From: Octopus vulgaris
Lineage: Eukaryota
NCBI GenBank assembly: GCA_951406725.2
Contig: OX597828.1
Span: 76,508,001-76,572,000 of the forward strand
Direction of reading: 5' to 3'
DNA length: 64,000 nt
A program made the translations under genes and the position numbers. Shown here in pieces: positions 12,235 through 26,780 of the stretch (position 1 is the first letter of the stretch; each line of letters begins with the position of its first letter). Below the pieces are notes generated by a model. The model was not told where the DNA came from, searched no databases, and saw only the letters and a list, made by a program, of their open reading frames with translations.

Positions 12235-14281
12235 CGGTTAAAAGTTTGCAAAAACTGGTTCTGATTAGTGAAGATAACTGCACACACTTTTTCGGATGTC
12301 CTCTCAGATGTCCTCTCTTCAGATTTACTGAATAGCTTCAACTAAATTCATGTTGTTTTTCATTTGCGAATCAGGTTTAGTAATAATTGCTTCTACAATC
12401 CTTTATTCTCTGTATAACTCATTTACATCAGCCCTTCTCAAATATCCGTTTCCCTTTCCAATATTTGACACTTGCATTGTCAGTAGTATCGGCAGACATG
12501 TGACTCCGGTACAAACCAAGTATATTCAGTTACATCATGTTATTTCATGTGGTTAGTCAAGTGTCACTTATTGCATTCCATTCTCACAACGAAACAATCT
12601 CAGAGATATTGGCAGACATTTTGTTTGAAAATTTTGGTACTACTGCAAAGTTCAAATCGTGTTCTTTGATATATTTTTCAAATTCATTTGTAGAGAATAT
12701 GGAGTAAGGATATGTGCACATAGATATTTTAATGAGTTATCTCACTGCCACATTATTTCCCATTATAGCGTCCCTGTTTGTTTCTTTTATCCGACACTAA
12801 CAGTATTTCTCTTTCCCCGACAAAGTTTCACAGAATCGTACTCTTTTACACATTTCACAATTCGGCAGCTGCTGCGATGTCTTTTCAGGCTGATCGATCT
12901 CAGCCGAAAAAGGCTGACGTAAGTCCATATAGGAATATTTAACTTCGTTTATCTGGGATAAATTAGCATTCAATAGTACTTACTCCACCCTCACTGAAAA
13001 AAGAAATATAGATTGTTTTTTTTCCCCACTCATTGTTTAAAAGAATCCCACTTTTCAGTATTTCAAAACACGAATAAAAATATATAGTGGACTGCAGACC
13101 TTTCGCCATGTGTGTCGACGTATGTTTCGAAGCAGACATCATCTTATATCAGTCAAGGCATACTTCCTTGTCATATGTGTCGGAAAGATGACGTCTACAC
13201 CGCGGGAAGTTTTGCGGGACAAATACAAATAATAACATACTTATTCCACCATATTTTAACGATATTTTTATAAAGTTATATTTACTCTATAAGGTCGGTC
13301 CCTTATCCAGACAGTTATTATGCCTTCATAATATTTAGCGGGAATATTTTGCTTGCGCTGGGAATTTCGTCCGTATTTACGTTCTGAATTCAGATAAAGC
13401 CCAGGTCGATTCTTTCGGAATCCATAGAATAAGTACTAGTTCAACATTAGGGGTCGACTAGCTCCATCCAAAAATTCGAAACTTGTGCCTTTAATGAAAG
13501 GGAATAGACATTTAAAATCAAGGAATGAGGTGAAAGTTATAGAGATTCCATATATTTAATTTATTTATTGTTTTGTCTTTACTTATTACGAAGTTCTTAA
13601 AATTTCTAGATAGATGGCACTATTTCATTCTATATAGAGATCGTCAGCACGCTGTAATCTGAGATATATGATTAAAACATTTTATGAAGCAAGGCAGTTC
13701 TTTTAAATAGAACATTATTAGACTCTAGCAGAAATTCATGGAATGCCTGCTTCTTCCAAGATATACGTCACAATTTTGAATCTATAAGGTTTCAATTTGC
13801 ACAGCGAAACATATTTATATGGAAAGCATCTTACATCATCTGAGATTTTTCTGATATTTGTGAACTTCTTGATATAAAAACTAAAAACAGCGAAAATACT
13901 CACAAGTCCTACAAGAAATATTGGGGAAAGTTAGCAATTAAGAAATAAATGTAATTATGTAAATTACAACAATATTTTTATTAAAAAAGGATGCACAACA
14001 CATTCTACCGGAAAACTTTTGATAAAATGAAAGAGTAAGATTTTAATCTTAGTTTCCATATTCATATAATTACGTCATTCATTTTCGTGCAATTTGCATG
14101 AAGTCGAACTGAAAGAAATGCATAATTCATTACATGCAGACGATTGTCGGCATCATTTAAAACAATTCAGTCAAAATACTGTGTCTTCACGTGGTTGAAT
14201 TCCTGCAAATCTTTAGTAAACATGGAAAAGAGCCAGTTCTAATGCTGGTTATATATATGTGTGCATATGTGTGTATATGTA

Positions 14282-14341
<60 letters not shown>

Positions 14342-15043
14342 ATATGTATATACCCATATCAACATAATTATAATTATATATATGTATACATAATTACATA
14401 TACGTACATATATTAATATATATGACAAGAGAAAAGTTATAAGAGGAGAGAGATAAGAGTGCGTCTGGTCTGTGCGACGGAAGGAAACGATGATCACGTG
14501 AGGAACAGGAAGCTGGACGATGGTGACGTTTGAGCATTGAGAGAGAGTATAGGAGGAAGAGGGAGAGAGAGAGAGAGAGAGAGAGAGAAATGGTGAAAAG
14601 GAGAAAAAAGAAATAGAGAACGGATGAGAGAGAAAAACGAAAGGTGGAGAAGGGGAGAACAAAATTAGAGATAGGAAGGGAGAGAAAAGGAAAAGGGGAG
14701 GACGAGAACAGAACCGGGTAGAATCGGATGAAATTTATTAAGATAAACTTACTTGGAAATGGTTGCGAGGCGTTCATTGCGATCATTGGCCGACCCACAA
14801 AAGTTGCGGAGACTTAAACACTACAACACCACTTGTCAAGTGATGTTGGGGGACAAAGACAGACACATACGCATCGATATAGATAAAAACAGCCGGATTC
14901 CTTCAGTTTTCATCTATCAAATGCGCTCACAAGACTGATCGCGCCGAGAATAAAGTAGAAGGCACTTTCCCAAGTCGGCACGCAGTGAGACTGAACCTGG
15001 GATCATATGCTTGCGAAACAACTTCTGGCCACACAACAACGCG

Positions 15044-15083
<40 letters not shown>

Positions 15084-15878
15084 TGGCGACCTCGGCTGCT
15101 CGGGCTCAGCTCGAGTATAAATTTAGCGAAGTGAGGATGTAATTGCAGCCAATAACTCGCATATAGATATACATGCATATCCTTAAGTATTGTAAGTACA
15201 TATGTATTTTAGTCAGATGTGCGAGGAGTTTCACGGTTATCCTTCTCAGATATGAAGGGTTACGATTTGTGACGTCAAACAGCTGTCTGGGAATCCGTTC
15301 GGAGAGAATACGTCACGGGTAATCACAGAAAAGCAATGCAAAAATAGAAAGGTTATATTGAATTTTGTCTCGAATATGCAAAAACAAAGAGGGAATGGTA
15401 ACACTTGATCAAAATGAGGGTAAAAAAATCAATGTTTACAAAGCTTACGTCAACATCATTCGCATAACTCTTTAGATTCCTTCATTTATATACTAACTCC
15501 AGCAAATGTCGCCAATATCTGTAGACTTTTATCTTTTCTGTTCACTGCGTCGTCGATATACGAACCGGTAGGAAACGACTCGTGCTACCACGATACAAAG
15601 GCTTTGTGTCTTAAAGTACTGCTCTTCTTCACTTGTCGTCTATTAAAATTCCATTACGAACTAGGATGCATTATAGGAATATAAATCTATAAACCAGTAA
15701 ATTTTTGTATCGATCCTTCAAAAATCAAAGATAACCTCTGCACTGTGGGATGTGAAAACAGCAGATAAGGGGCCGCTAGGCAAAATACACACACAGCAGG
15801 GTTAAGTACACCGGTTGACGTTCTTCAAACGTCTACACCATGTCCGATTATATACGTACATACATTCATAAATACATG

Positions 15879-15919
<41 letters not shown>

Positions 15920-16180
15920 TATGTATGTATTTGTATTATGCATGTATGGATGTATGTGTGGTGTATGTATATGCATCCAAATACACACAGACATATATCA
16001 ACCTTGTAGAGAAGTTAGCTGAAATAAATCGATAGCTGAAAGAATTTTCTTTTCCAATTTGAATGCTATAAAGCCCTGTACTGGTTGACATTGTTTATCT
16101 GTACAAATATATTTTTAATAAGTTTTTTTCAAAAATTCTTCTTTTTATAATATATATAATTTTATTTAATTTCACCTTTA

Positions 16181-16216
<36 letters not shown>

Positions 16217-17076
16217 GTATTCGATTTTGTTTTGTCTTTGTCTTTATTTTCCTGTTTTGTTTATGTTCCTTCTCTTCTGACTACTAAGTGTCTCAAATAT
16301 TTCTAAGCTTTTCTTGTCATTCTTTGAAAATTCACGCATACGCACGTTACAATTATTATAGACACACGAACACACACATACGCTGAGATCGACAGACGTA
16401 TGTACGCCTATATAGGCATATTAAAACATGTGACTGCTGATACACACGTAAACACAACACACACACATACATACAATTTATATTTATTTATACGCACATT
16501 ATAACATTTATATATAGAAGCGTGTGTCTGTGTGTATGTTCGCGTACATATATAAACACTTTTTGCTTGTATTTGCTTATATACCTATGCACACTGACAC
16601 ATCCCTATGCTTGTACATGTCTATACACGCACCGATACACAGATGCACACATGTAATTTACTATGTGTTTTATTCTTAACCAATTTATTTAATTTTCCAT
16701 AGAATATTACCGTTTCCTTTGTCCATTTGTTTCTCATACCAATTTGCTTTAATTTGACTCTTCAGACTTATTTTTGGAAAATTGCCACTTCTCTACACCA
16801 AACACCTTCCAATCTGGCAAATTCATTTAACATCTCTTTCATCATAATCGCTTCGGAAAATATGGTGAAGCATATACTAATATGCCGAGGTTAGAATAAA
16901 GCAGAAACCTGTTCGTAAATGTCTTTAGTTATCGAGCAAAATATATATAATTCCTACGTCGAATTTCCAGGTCACATCGTTATTTCTAGTTTGTTGTGTC
17001 TTGAAAGAGTCCTGACGCCAAAAATAAAAACACGCGCACAGGTTCAATTCAACTTCTTTCAATATTCAACCAAGGA

Positions 17077-17305
17077 AGGCGGCGAGGTGGCGAAATCGTT
17101 AGCAGCTGGGCGAAATGCTTAGCGGTCTTTCATCTATCTTTGTGTTCTGGGTTCAAATTTCGCCGAGGTCGACTTTGCCTTTCATCCTTTCGGGGTCGAT
17201 AAATTAAGTACCAGTTACGCACTGGGGTCGATGTAATCGACTTAATCCGTTTGTCTGTCCTTGTTTGTCCTCTCTATGTTTAGCCCCTTGTGGACAATAA
17301 GGAAA
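17077..17305 (+). mobile_element. Full-length SINE family B with Tx1-like tail
   Basis: tRNA-like head (GGCGAGGTGGCGAAATCGTTAG...GGGTTCAAATTTC), core GCCTTTCATCCTTTCGGGGTCGATAAATTAAGTACCAG, tail ATGTTTAGCCCCTTGTGGACAATAAGG. Confidence 0.8.
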
Positions 17306-17969
17306 AAAGAAATGCTAGCATGCCGGGCGAAATGCTTAGCGGTAATTTTTCTGTCTTACTGGGGACGATCTAATCGACTGCCCTACCGACAAAAAATTTC
17401 GGCTATATACCTAGAGTTGAAAAGAATATTCAACCAACTAAATAATCGATCGCTTGGTTAGCGTGCTGGTTAAACTACATTTTGATTCTTTGTCCATCAA
17501 CATTTCAAGACACGTGATACTCACCTCGCTCCAAAGTCGACGTTCGTTATTTCTAATTACCATTTTAATTTTCGCAGCATAAAATATTTTAGCACAAACT
17601 TGACTAACTTCTATCACGACGAAGATATCCCTGATTCATATCCTCACGTGATTTCATTTTCCCTGCACCATCCAATGTAAATTACTCTAAATTGAATTAC
17701 TATTCCTCACATCAATTGTATGAAGTCTATTTCACATTCCGCTGATGAAGGCACCACAAGGTAGAAATACTTCCATGCTTGAGAAATAAAATCAAAACGA
17801 TATTACACTTTGTCTAATATTGGATTTTTACCTCATGTCTCATATTTCAAATATTTTAATTAACTTTTTACAGCTCAGTGTATTAATTACTTTAATTAAT
17901 AACATAATGATTTCATATATGTTGGATTGCTACTGCAATACGTTTGGACGTATTCCTGTTAAATGCAAT

Positions 17970-18097
17970 CAGCAGCAGTGGCAGCAGCAGTAGTAGTAGT
18001 GGTGGTGGTAGTGATATTAGTAGTAGTTGTGTTGGTAGTAGGAATAGTAGTAGTGACATTAGTGGTAGTGGAAATAGTAGTAGTTGTATTTGTATTC

Positions 18098-18150
<53 letters not shown>

Positions 18151-18494
18151 GGTGGTGGTGGTATTAGTAGTAGTAATTTTAGTAGTAGTAGTAGTAGTAG
18201 TAGTAGTTACGACAGCAACAATATTTGTAGTACTAGTAGTTCTGGTAATGGCTGTGGTATCATTTGTAGTCATGGTTTTACGGGTGCGAGTATAGCCGAA
18301 TGGTTAAGTAACCCGTCATGCAATGCTGAGATTCCAAGATCTATTCTAATTGCCGTCCTGGTGGGTTACGGTGAAGAATGGTAAACTAGAAATGGAGGAG
18401 AGATTTCTAATGGCAATTCTTGGAAATCAGGCTTTTGCCATAGAAATTCCACCCAGTTTGTTCCAAACAGAAGATGGTGATAGTAGTGATTGCA

Positions 18495-18550
<56 letters not shown>

Positions 18551-18740
18551 AATGAGGATGATTATGATTGTGATGATGATGGCGATGGTAAAAATCGTGA
18601 TGAAGATAGAGATAACGTGATGATGATGATCATCATCATCATGAGGATGATGATCATGATCATGATGATACTGGTGATCATAATGAGTATTTTCGTGATG
18701 ATGGTGATGATCATAATGATGGTGATGCCGCTGATGGTGC
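17970..18740. repeat. Compound trinucleotide microsatellites (AGT/GGT)n and (GAT)n
   Basis: Directly visible. They give rise to the spurious poly-S/T/V/D/H ORFs. Confidence 0.95.
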
Positions 18741-18967
18741 AAACGATTCTGAAGCTGATCTAAAAATAGAATGCAAAACAGAAAAATGAAATAGAGAAAT
18801 ACAGAAATATATCAGCAGGTTTTGTAGCTCAACTGAAAGTCTTCCTCGAATGAGAAAATCACTGAACGAATGCATTCAAGTCGTGAATATCCCATTATAT
18901 TTTGTACATCAGAGACTGCAATTCCGCAATGTGTACTTTTTTCTGAATTTAGGATAATCGTCGTGGT

Positions 18968-19337
18968 ACACCGTCGGTTACGACGACGTGGGTTCCAGTT
19001 GATCCGATCAACGGAACAGCATGCTCGTGAAATTAAGGTGCAAGAGGCAGAGCACTCTACAGACACGTCTACCCTTAACGTAGTTCTCGTGGTGTTTCAG
19101 CATGACACAGGAATAACAGAAACAGGAAGAAAGAGAGAAAGTTATGGTGAAAGAATACAGCAGGGTTCGCCACAACTCGCTACCAGAGTCTCGTGGAGCT
19201 TCAGGTGTTTTCGCTCGATAAACACTCACAACACCTGGGAATCGATTGTACAACCACGATGCAGGTGGATGTACAACCACCTGCGATTGTACAACCACGA
19301 GTCCGGTGCCCTAACCACTGAGCCATAGCGCCTCCAC
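18968..19337 (-). mobile_element. tRNA-derived SINE family C
   Basis: Reverse complement of 58275-58657 (GGAGGCGCTATGGCTCAGTGGTTAGGGCACCGGACTC head; CGTCGTCGTAACCGACGG end). Confidence 0.8.
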
Positions 19338-19629
19338 TTAAGATTATAGAATGTTGCGATTTCTAACAGTTTGTATCTTCTTGTGAAAGTTCCTTCACTG
19401 GTTTTCAACAATAAAAAAAAAGTAAAAAAATCAATGATTGAAGAAAAATACTAACTTGAATAGTTAAAGTTAATTAAAGTAGGTTAATTATCATTAGCAT
19501 GCCCAAGAAGAAAATAATTAACTAAATGCCTGGTCATGAAAAAATATATTTGATTAGTTAAGAGTTAATTAAAGTGGAATAGTGATAGGAGAAGAATAAA
19601 ATTTTATTACTACTACAAATAAAAATAAT

Positions 19630-20012
19630 AATCTGTTTTTTATTGGCCACAAGGGCCGAACACAAAACAAAGAGGGACAATGGAAAATTAGGGACAGGTG
19701 GGGGGTCTAACACACAAATCGAGTAAACAATAAAATAACAATGACAATTAACAATACAATTAAACAACGAAAATTGCTCAAAAGGGGTGAACCCCACACA
19801 TCCTGGTTATCCCAACTGCCTTGTGCACCTCAGCAGGGGCCCCTCTCCTTCTCAACTCCTCCGGTTTACTAGCGGAAGTTCAAAGTAGGCCCATTCACGG
19901 CTACATTCACCCATCTTTCAACAAAAATCCTGGGGAGAACTTCCCTCATTACCGTCACTTTCCTTTTCAAGTGGAACTTGAAAATGTCGATTAGGGCTCG
20001 GCCGAACAGGAA
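19630..20012 (-). mobile_element. Tx1/L1-clade LINE 3' end (divergent subfamily)
   Basis: Minus translation FLFGRALIDIFKFHLKRKVTVMREVLPRIFVERWVNVA. 3' end GCCCTTGTGGCCAATAAAAAAC followed by ATT repeats. Confidence 0.7.
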
Positions 20013-20190
20013 ACTAAGTCATTTCAATCTCGTAAACCAGGATAAAAATTTCTGTTAGCTTTCCACCTTCATAATAATAAGGATTTGCTTTATTGGTCAC
20101 AACGGCCAAATACATGGAGGACAATATCGAAGGACAAGATACAGCACACATAAACAAAAAATAGAAAACAAAAATGGAGTTTAAAATCAA

Positions 20191-20250
<60 letters not shown>

Positions 20251-20252
<2 letters not shown>

Positions 20253-20815
20253 TACATTGGAAGCTATGCCAACATTATGGAATAACAACAGAAAAAAGAT
20301 GGTATAGGCACACACCAGAAAAGGTCACAGAAAACGAGAAAGCAACCATACTCTGGGATATGCCGATACACACAGATAGAGAAATTAAGGCCAACAGACC
20401 AGATATAGTTGTCAGAGACCATGAAGAAAAAAATGCTTTCTAATTGATGTATCAATACCGGCTGATGACAACGTGTCTCTAAAAGAAATGGAGAAACTCT
20501 CAAAATACAAAGACCTGGAAATAGAGGTAACTAGAATGTGGAATCTGAAAACAGAAACAATTCCTATCATAGTAGGTGCATTAGGCATGATAAAAAAATA
20601 TTCAGACAAATACATAACAAAAACACCAGGACTTACAAACACATATAACATACAGAAAATTGCACTACTAGGCACTGCACACATCCTACGCAGAACACTT
20701 TCCATACAATAACCATCAGAGCAACACAACAAATCACAGCACATACCCAAGGCACACAGAGCTGCGCTCGGTAGTGAAGTGAAAGCACGCTATAAAAATA
20801 AAAATAAAACTACTG
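20251..20815 (+). mobile_element. 5'-truncated R4/Dong LINE (same family as 47579-51640)
   Basis: IHWKLCQHYG...NRPDIVVRD and KYKDLEIEVTRMW...QKIALLGTAHILRRTLSIQ, nearly identical to ORF 47676-48491. (AAT)n on both sides. Confidence 0.95.
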
Positions 20816-20830
20816 AATAATAATAATAAT

Positions 20831-21339
20831 TGGAAGTGTTATCATGCACATTGTTTTGTCTTCGTATAAAAGATGGGCTACAGCAAATATTCTGCTCAAT
20901 ACCACAGATTTGCTTGTCAGATGTTTGACCATAACCAGTTGAACATGTCCCTTAGTGGCTGACGATATGTACTTCTTTCATCAGGCGCAGAAATATTGGG
21001 GGAGCATCATAGCCATGTGTTGAGAGGAACTCTTTGGGGTCTGGATAATTTACATCTGGAAGCATGCGTGTTTTGTTCATCATCTTTAAATAACCCTTAT
21101 TCAGGGACTTTTAAGCGGGATGGGCTAACCGACCTGAAGAAAATTCTAACTGGGCCCTAATTGCAAGGTCATGCGCTATTTATCTTGATATGAGATCATC
21201 ATGTCAAGCACATATGGTTGTGATGCATGTGTCTGCTGTACCCTTATCAGACGGTTAGTTATGATGGACGACGGGTATATTGGGCTTTGTATATTTGTAC
21301 CCCAGTGTCTCTTTGATGGCATGCGCTACTCTCTCACTC
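20831..21339 (+). mobile_element. 5'-truncated copy of ~558-bp (AAT)n-associated non-coding element
   Basis: Reverse complement of 51822-52325. Begins 15 bp after the Dong fragment, inside the AAT tract. Confidence 0.85.
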
Positions 21340-21605
21340 TATATTAATAATAAGGGTTTCAAATCTTGCCACAAGGGTAATTATTTAAGGGATGATGACT
21401 AGCCGATCACATCGAACCCCACTGTTTCACTTGTACTTAATTTATCGACCCCGAAATGATAAAGGCAATGTCGATGTTGGCGGAATTTGAACTCAGAATG
21501 TAGCAACTGGCGAAACCGCTAAGCATTTCGCCCAGAATGCTAATGATTCTGCTAGCTCACCGCCTTCCCAATAATAATAATAATAATAATAACAACAACA
21601 ACAAC

Positions 21606-21678
<73 letters not shown>

Positions 21679-21682
21679 TTAA

Positions 21683-22308
21683 TACCGCTTTAGAAGTACC
21701 CTAGATAAAATTAAGCTAAAGATTGAAGTTGTTGAAAAGCCAGGCAACCCTATCAAATCCATAATCGGTGAAACCTACCTTTTTTGTAGAACCCCCTGTA
21801 CGGATAGGTACTGTACTGTGTGTAGATTTAGCCCACAAACAAACTGTAAAGCCAGAAATGTAGTCTATAGTATAAGATGTATAGAAGGACGATGCAGTAA
21901 CAAGACAACGACATACGTAGGGGAAACGGTACGAAGCATAGGAGAGTAGGTAATGGACATTGGAGAGAACTTAAGGAAGGAAAGAGCTCATCGGTTCTGT
22001 ACCAACACACCGAGCAGGAACACGGGGGCTCAATCAACAACATAGAAGTTAAAATCTTGTCCACACATAGAAAAGACGCACCAATCAGACAAATTACGGA
22101 AGCTACACACATAATAGAAGATAAACCTAGCCTGAATAGGAAACTGGAATGGAATGCTAGCACACACCACAACATATGACAGAAGAGGATCCCCATAAAC
22201 TAGTTACAATATAAACAAAACTGAAAACATAAAATAAAATACACAGATAAATAATCAAATGGAAGTAAATTTTTAATTTTTATTATTATTACATACATAC
22301 ATACATGC

Positions 22309-22366
<58 letters not shown>

Positions 22367-22780
22367 TAATAATAATAAGTGGGTGTAAACACATGAACAA
22401 AATAAGAATAAACAAAAACAAAAACAAATTACACGAACGTATACAAACGGAGGATACAAATATTACAGGCATTTCCCCCTACTCACTCACACTAACTAAG
22501 CATTGACGCACATAGAGATATACGCATGCGCAAATAAAGACACTTATAATAAAAATACAAAACGGCTGACCGTTAGTAAGGAGAGACACACATATAAGAA
22601 AGAAGAAAGCAAAGGACCACTGATGCGGTCACAGGAGTGTGACGAGAGAACTCTGGCCGAAATAAGATTAAGATTAATGTAAAAAATAAATAACGCTGAA
22701 GCAAAGTAACACCAAATATATAGTGCGTGTGTTTTATTGGCTAAACTGGCAAAATCACCATTCTTAAAAACAACAACAAC
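21683..22780 (+). mobile_element. Penelope-like GIY-YIG 3' fragment plus pLTR (same family as 63090-64000)
   Basis: Frameshifted copy of ORF 63127-63717 ([13 protein letters not shown]...YVGET) with a shared 3' UTR. Degenerate hammerhead CTGATGC-GGTCA...TGGCC-GAAA at 22620-22663. Confidence 0.8.
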
Positions 22781-22798
22781 AACAAAAACAACAATCAC

Positions 22799-22880
<82 letters not shown>

Positions 22881-23687
22881 TAATAATAATAGTAATAATA
22901 ATAATAATAATAATAAAAAATAATAATAATAGCAATAAAAATTATTATTTTTACCTTTACACTTATAGGCAAAAAGCAAACAATGTTGAGTGTATGTATT
23001 ATTGGATTTCAAGCGACACGAATCTTGACTTCAAATTTATTTGATGAAATCCAGAGGAATAAAATGTGAAGTTGACCACTGGCCACAAGATCGAAGACTT
23101 TGGGGATTGTACACAAATGAAAAAAAAATTGCCAATGGGAGTTTACAACGACTAAAATATTTTTCACAAAAATTACCAGGAAAATTGCCGAAGAGGAAGA
23201 ATCCTTTGACAAAAACCGATTTATTGTCATATCTCTGGCATTGTTTCTTTCCTCTTTCGTACAAAAACATACTTTTAATAGGTGAACTCTCAATAGTTTT
23301 TGCGAAATATATGCTGACAGCGTTGCCTCTTTTTTTTTCTTAATCACGACTTTCTCTACAAGTCATCGCTGAATAATCTAATGAAAACTAGCCAGAAGGG
23401 AAGATGTCTGTGCCGAAGCCCTTTTACATGAATCCACTACACCAGTCCCCTACATCACTCTTTTAGAAACAGATTCCAATAAGAAAAAATTGCAGCCCCC
23501 TTCTGTCAATAAAACGTGGCGCTTCGATTTTAACTACAGTCTGTGATGGTTGCTGGGTTCGTTTCTATACGACAGTAACACCTTGATATAAACACACTAA
23601 CTGATGCTGCGCAGGTCCAGAAAGAAGATGAGAAGAATAGATAGGTAGATATATCGATAGCTAGCTACGAACATAATTCGATAGATT

Positions 23688-23761
<74 letters not shown>

Positions 23762-23994
23762 CAAATAGAGGTTGTTACAGAGACTACTGTATACAGTTTT
23801 AAATCATACGACAACTAAACAAAGGGCTTACCAACGTAGGATTTAGGGTAAACAAATTACAGTAAAAATGCTGAATTTAAACAGAAATGATGGACTTACA
23901 CTTACGAGCATATGTGAACATACGCATGGACACGCATAAATTGATGATATATATATAAATATATATACATACATATGGAGAGGAAGGGAGATAG

Positions 23995-24028
<34 letters not shown>

Positions 24029-24574
24029 GGAGAGAGAGACACACACAGAGGAAAATATGTACGTAAGTGCGGCAACAACAAATTATTCAGTTTATTCCCC
24101 ACATTTCGTTTGTAACCACGTTACAAAATAAATATTTTCTCGCCTAGATTCGTCTCCATGGTAATCACGAAAATTTATTATTTACTCGTATTTTTCACTG
24201 TTATCGACTAAAATATTTATAAATACCACAACTGTAATGTATGTGCAAGAGTATGTATATATGCATGGATGCATGTGTATAAATATATGTGTGTGTGTGT
24301 GAGAGAAAGGGCGACAGAGGTGAAGAGTGCTGCCTCGTTTTGGAATGGTTATACATCCTTTCACAGGTAAGAGTAATCAGTGGTTTATAGATCATTTTGC
24401 AGGAACTAACCATTTCTCTAGTTCTTTATCTACCTATTTCTAGTAGCTGCATCTTTCCTTCTCACTTCCTCTTGGGCAAGTGTCTCCTACTATAGCCTCG
24501 ATTTGCTCGACTAAAGGCTGTGCTCCAGCATGGCCACAGTCAATTGACTGAAACATGTAAAGGAGTAAAAGTAT

Positions 24575-24620
<46 letters not shown>

Positions 24621-24665
24621 AAACACACAACAGGCTCCTTTCAGTTTTCGATTACCAAAGCCACG

Positions 24666-24745
<80 letters not shown>

Positions 24746-24769
24746 AGTGAGAGAGAGAGAGAGAGAGAA

Positions 24770-24813
<44 letters not shown>

Positions 24814-25235
24814 AAAGTGGTTAGGGGTCCACACAAGTCAAAGAATACAGTTAAAAAAAGTAACTTGAGTTGGAAAAGGCACAGAAAGGGGATTTCGAGA
24901 ATGCTTAATAAAATATAACCGGTTTCTAAGTATCCATCATATGAAATGTTAGAAATATTAGAATGAATTTTGTTGGCCGTCAGACGGAAAGATGTATTTT
25001 GGGAGAGTTTAACAGTTTGTTTCTTAATGAAATTTTGCTTTAATTAATCTCTTATAAATGTTTTATCTTTGTAGGTTTGGGGTAGGGTTCACGAGTTCGA
25101 TTTTAAGGAAGTCTTTTGAATACAATGGGCAGCTTCTTATTCGTGGCTTAGTGAGCGGTGCCTGTGTGTGCGTTTGGGATTTTTCTTTTATCTTTTTTTT
25201 CCTTTTGAGTGGATGTGATCAGTAGTTCTGACCAA

Positions 25236-25290
<55 letters not shown>

Positions 25291-25293
<3 letters not shown>

Positions 25294-25670
25294 CGCAGGA
25301 GTGGCTGTGTGGTAAGTAGCTTGCTAACCAACCACATGGTTCCGGGTTCAGTCCACTGCGTGGCATCTTGGGCAAGTGTCTTCTGCTATAGCCCCGGGCC
25401 GACCAATGCCTTGTGAGTGGATTTGGTAGACGGAAACTGAAAGAAGCCTGTCGTATATATGTATATATATATATGTATGTGTGTGTGTGTTTGTGTGTCT
25501 GTGTTTGTATCCCTAGCATTGCTTGACAACCGATGCTGGTGTGTTTACGTCCCCTTTACCTAGCGGTTCGGCAAAAGAGACCGATAGAATAAGTACTGGG
25601 CTTACAAAGAATAAGTCCCGGGGTCGAGTTGCTCGACTAAATGATTGAAACAAGTAAAAGAGTAAAAGAG
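25291..25670 (+). mobile_element. SINE family A, near full length
   Basis: A-box GTGGCTGTGTGG, B-box GGTTCAGTCC, CORE-like CTTGGGCAAGTGTCTT, internal (TA)(TG) microsatellite, tail GAAACAAGTAAAAGAGTAAAAGA. Confidence 0.85.
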
Positions 25671-25707
<37 letters not shown>

Positions 25708-25747
25708 TATTATATATATGTATATATACACATATATGTAAATGTAT

Positions 25748-25811
<64 letters not shown>

Positions 25812-25839
25812 GAATATATATACATATATATATACATGA

Positions 25840-25910
<71 letters not shown>

Positions 25911-25958
25911 GCAATAATAAGTCTCTGAATGAGATGTAAACATTAACTCCTCGACAAC

Positions 25959-26263
25959 GTAAAGTATACTAGCCATCTCAATATGGCTAACCACTAAGGG
26001 TGGGTGTTACTGTAGTTTTTAGCCGCACGAGATCATCGTCTCCAGCTGGCTTTAGGCACACTTTCTGTGTCCTTATGCACTGCCCTGCAGTCCGTGCGTA
26101 TCACTTAGGTTTACGAGAGGGGGATGACCTCCCTTTGCAAATACCATAAGTGCACAGAAAGTGTGCCTAAAGCCAGCTGGAGACAATGACCTCCTGGGGC
26201 TAAAAGCTACAGTAACGCCCACCCTTAGTGGTTAGCCATATTGTGATGGCTAGTATACTTTAC
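25959..26263. repeat. ~119-bp inverted repeat with ~67-bp spacer (foldback/MITE-like)
   Basis: 25959-26077 versus the reverse complement of 26145-26263: about 9 mismatches by eye. Confidence 0.9.
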
Positions 26264-26279
26264 ATATATATATATATAT

Positions 26280-26578
26280 CACGTGATCACGTGACCGACC
26301 TGACCATCAGATGTTGCTACACATCGCTGGTCACAATGCGTTCGCATTGTTTTACCCTTCGAACGACACTACCCCTAAGCGAGCAGGCCAACAGAAGAAA
26401 GTGGAAGAAAGAGTGGTGAAAGAGTACAGCAGGGATCACCACCCCCTGCCGGAGCCTCGTGGATATTTTTAGGTGTTTTCGCTCAATAAACACACACAAC
26501 GCCCGGTCTGGGAATCGAAACCGCGATCCTCCGACAGCGAGTCCGCTGCCCTAACTACTAGGCCATTGCGCCTCCACA
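26280..26578 (-). mobile_element. SINE family C with alternative 3' tail
   Basis: Head and body match 58275-58480. The 3' part is replaced by ...GACCAGCGATGTGTAGCAACATCTGATGGTCAGGTCGGTCACGTGATCACGTG. Confidence 0.75.
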
Positions 26579-26583
26579 CACAC

Positions 26584-26662
<79 letters not shown>

Positions 26663-26739
26663 TTGAGTTGTGGGGTATCGCACGAGTGGGATTATATAAG
26701 AAAAAAGGTTTGAAAATGCAATTTAAACGATGTTTATTT

Positions 26740-26780
26740 ACTTAACCGGTTTCACTCTTTGGTAAAAGATTGTCAAAAGT
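26740..26780 (-). ncRNA. Minimal hammerhead-like motif, U3:A8 variant, in probable 3' pLTR
   Basis: ACTT-TTGACAA-TCTTT(TACC)AAAGA-gt-GAAA-CCGG-TT-AAGT, with a 2-nt irregularity before GAAA. Confidence 0.5.

Noticed and set aside
12550-12830. Integrase-like snippet FSTNEFEKYIKEHDL on the minus strand
   Set aside because: Too short, and surrounded by stops, to assign.
17742-17790. CTGATGA-AGGCA...TGCTT-GAGAAA hammerhead-like motif (also CTGATGA at 31919)
   Set aside because: GAAA, stem III and stem I cannot be formed. At best decayed remnants.
24830-25230. Possible decayed Penelope 3' end with GAAACCGGTT palindrome
   Set aside because: Core and translation are too degenerate to support.
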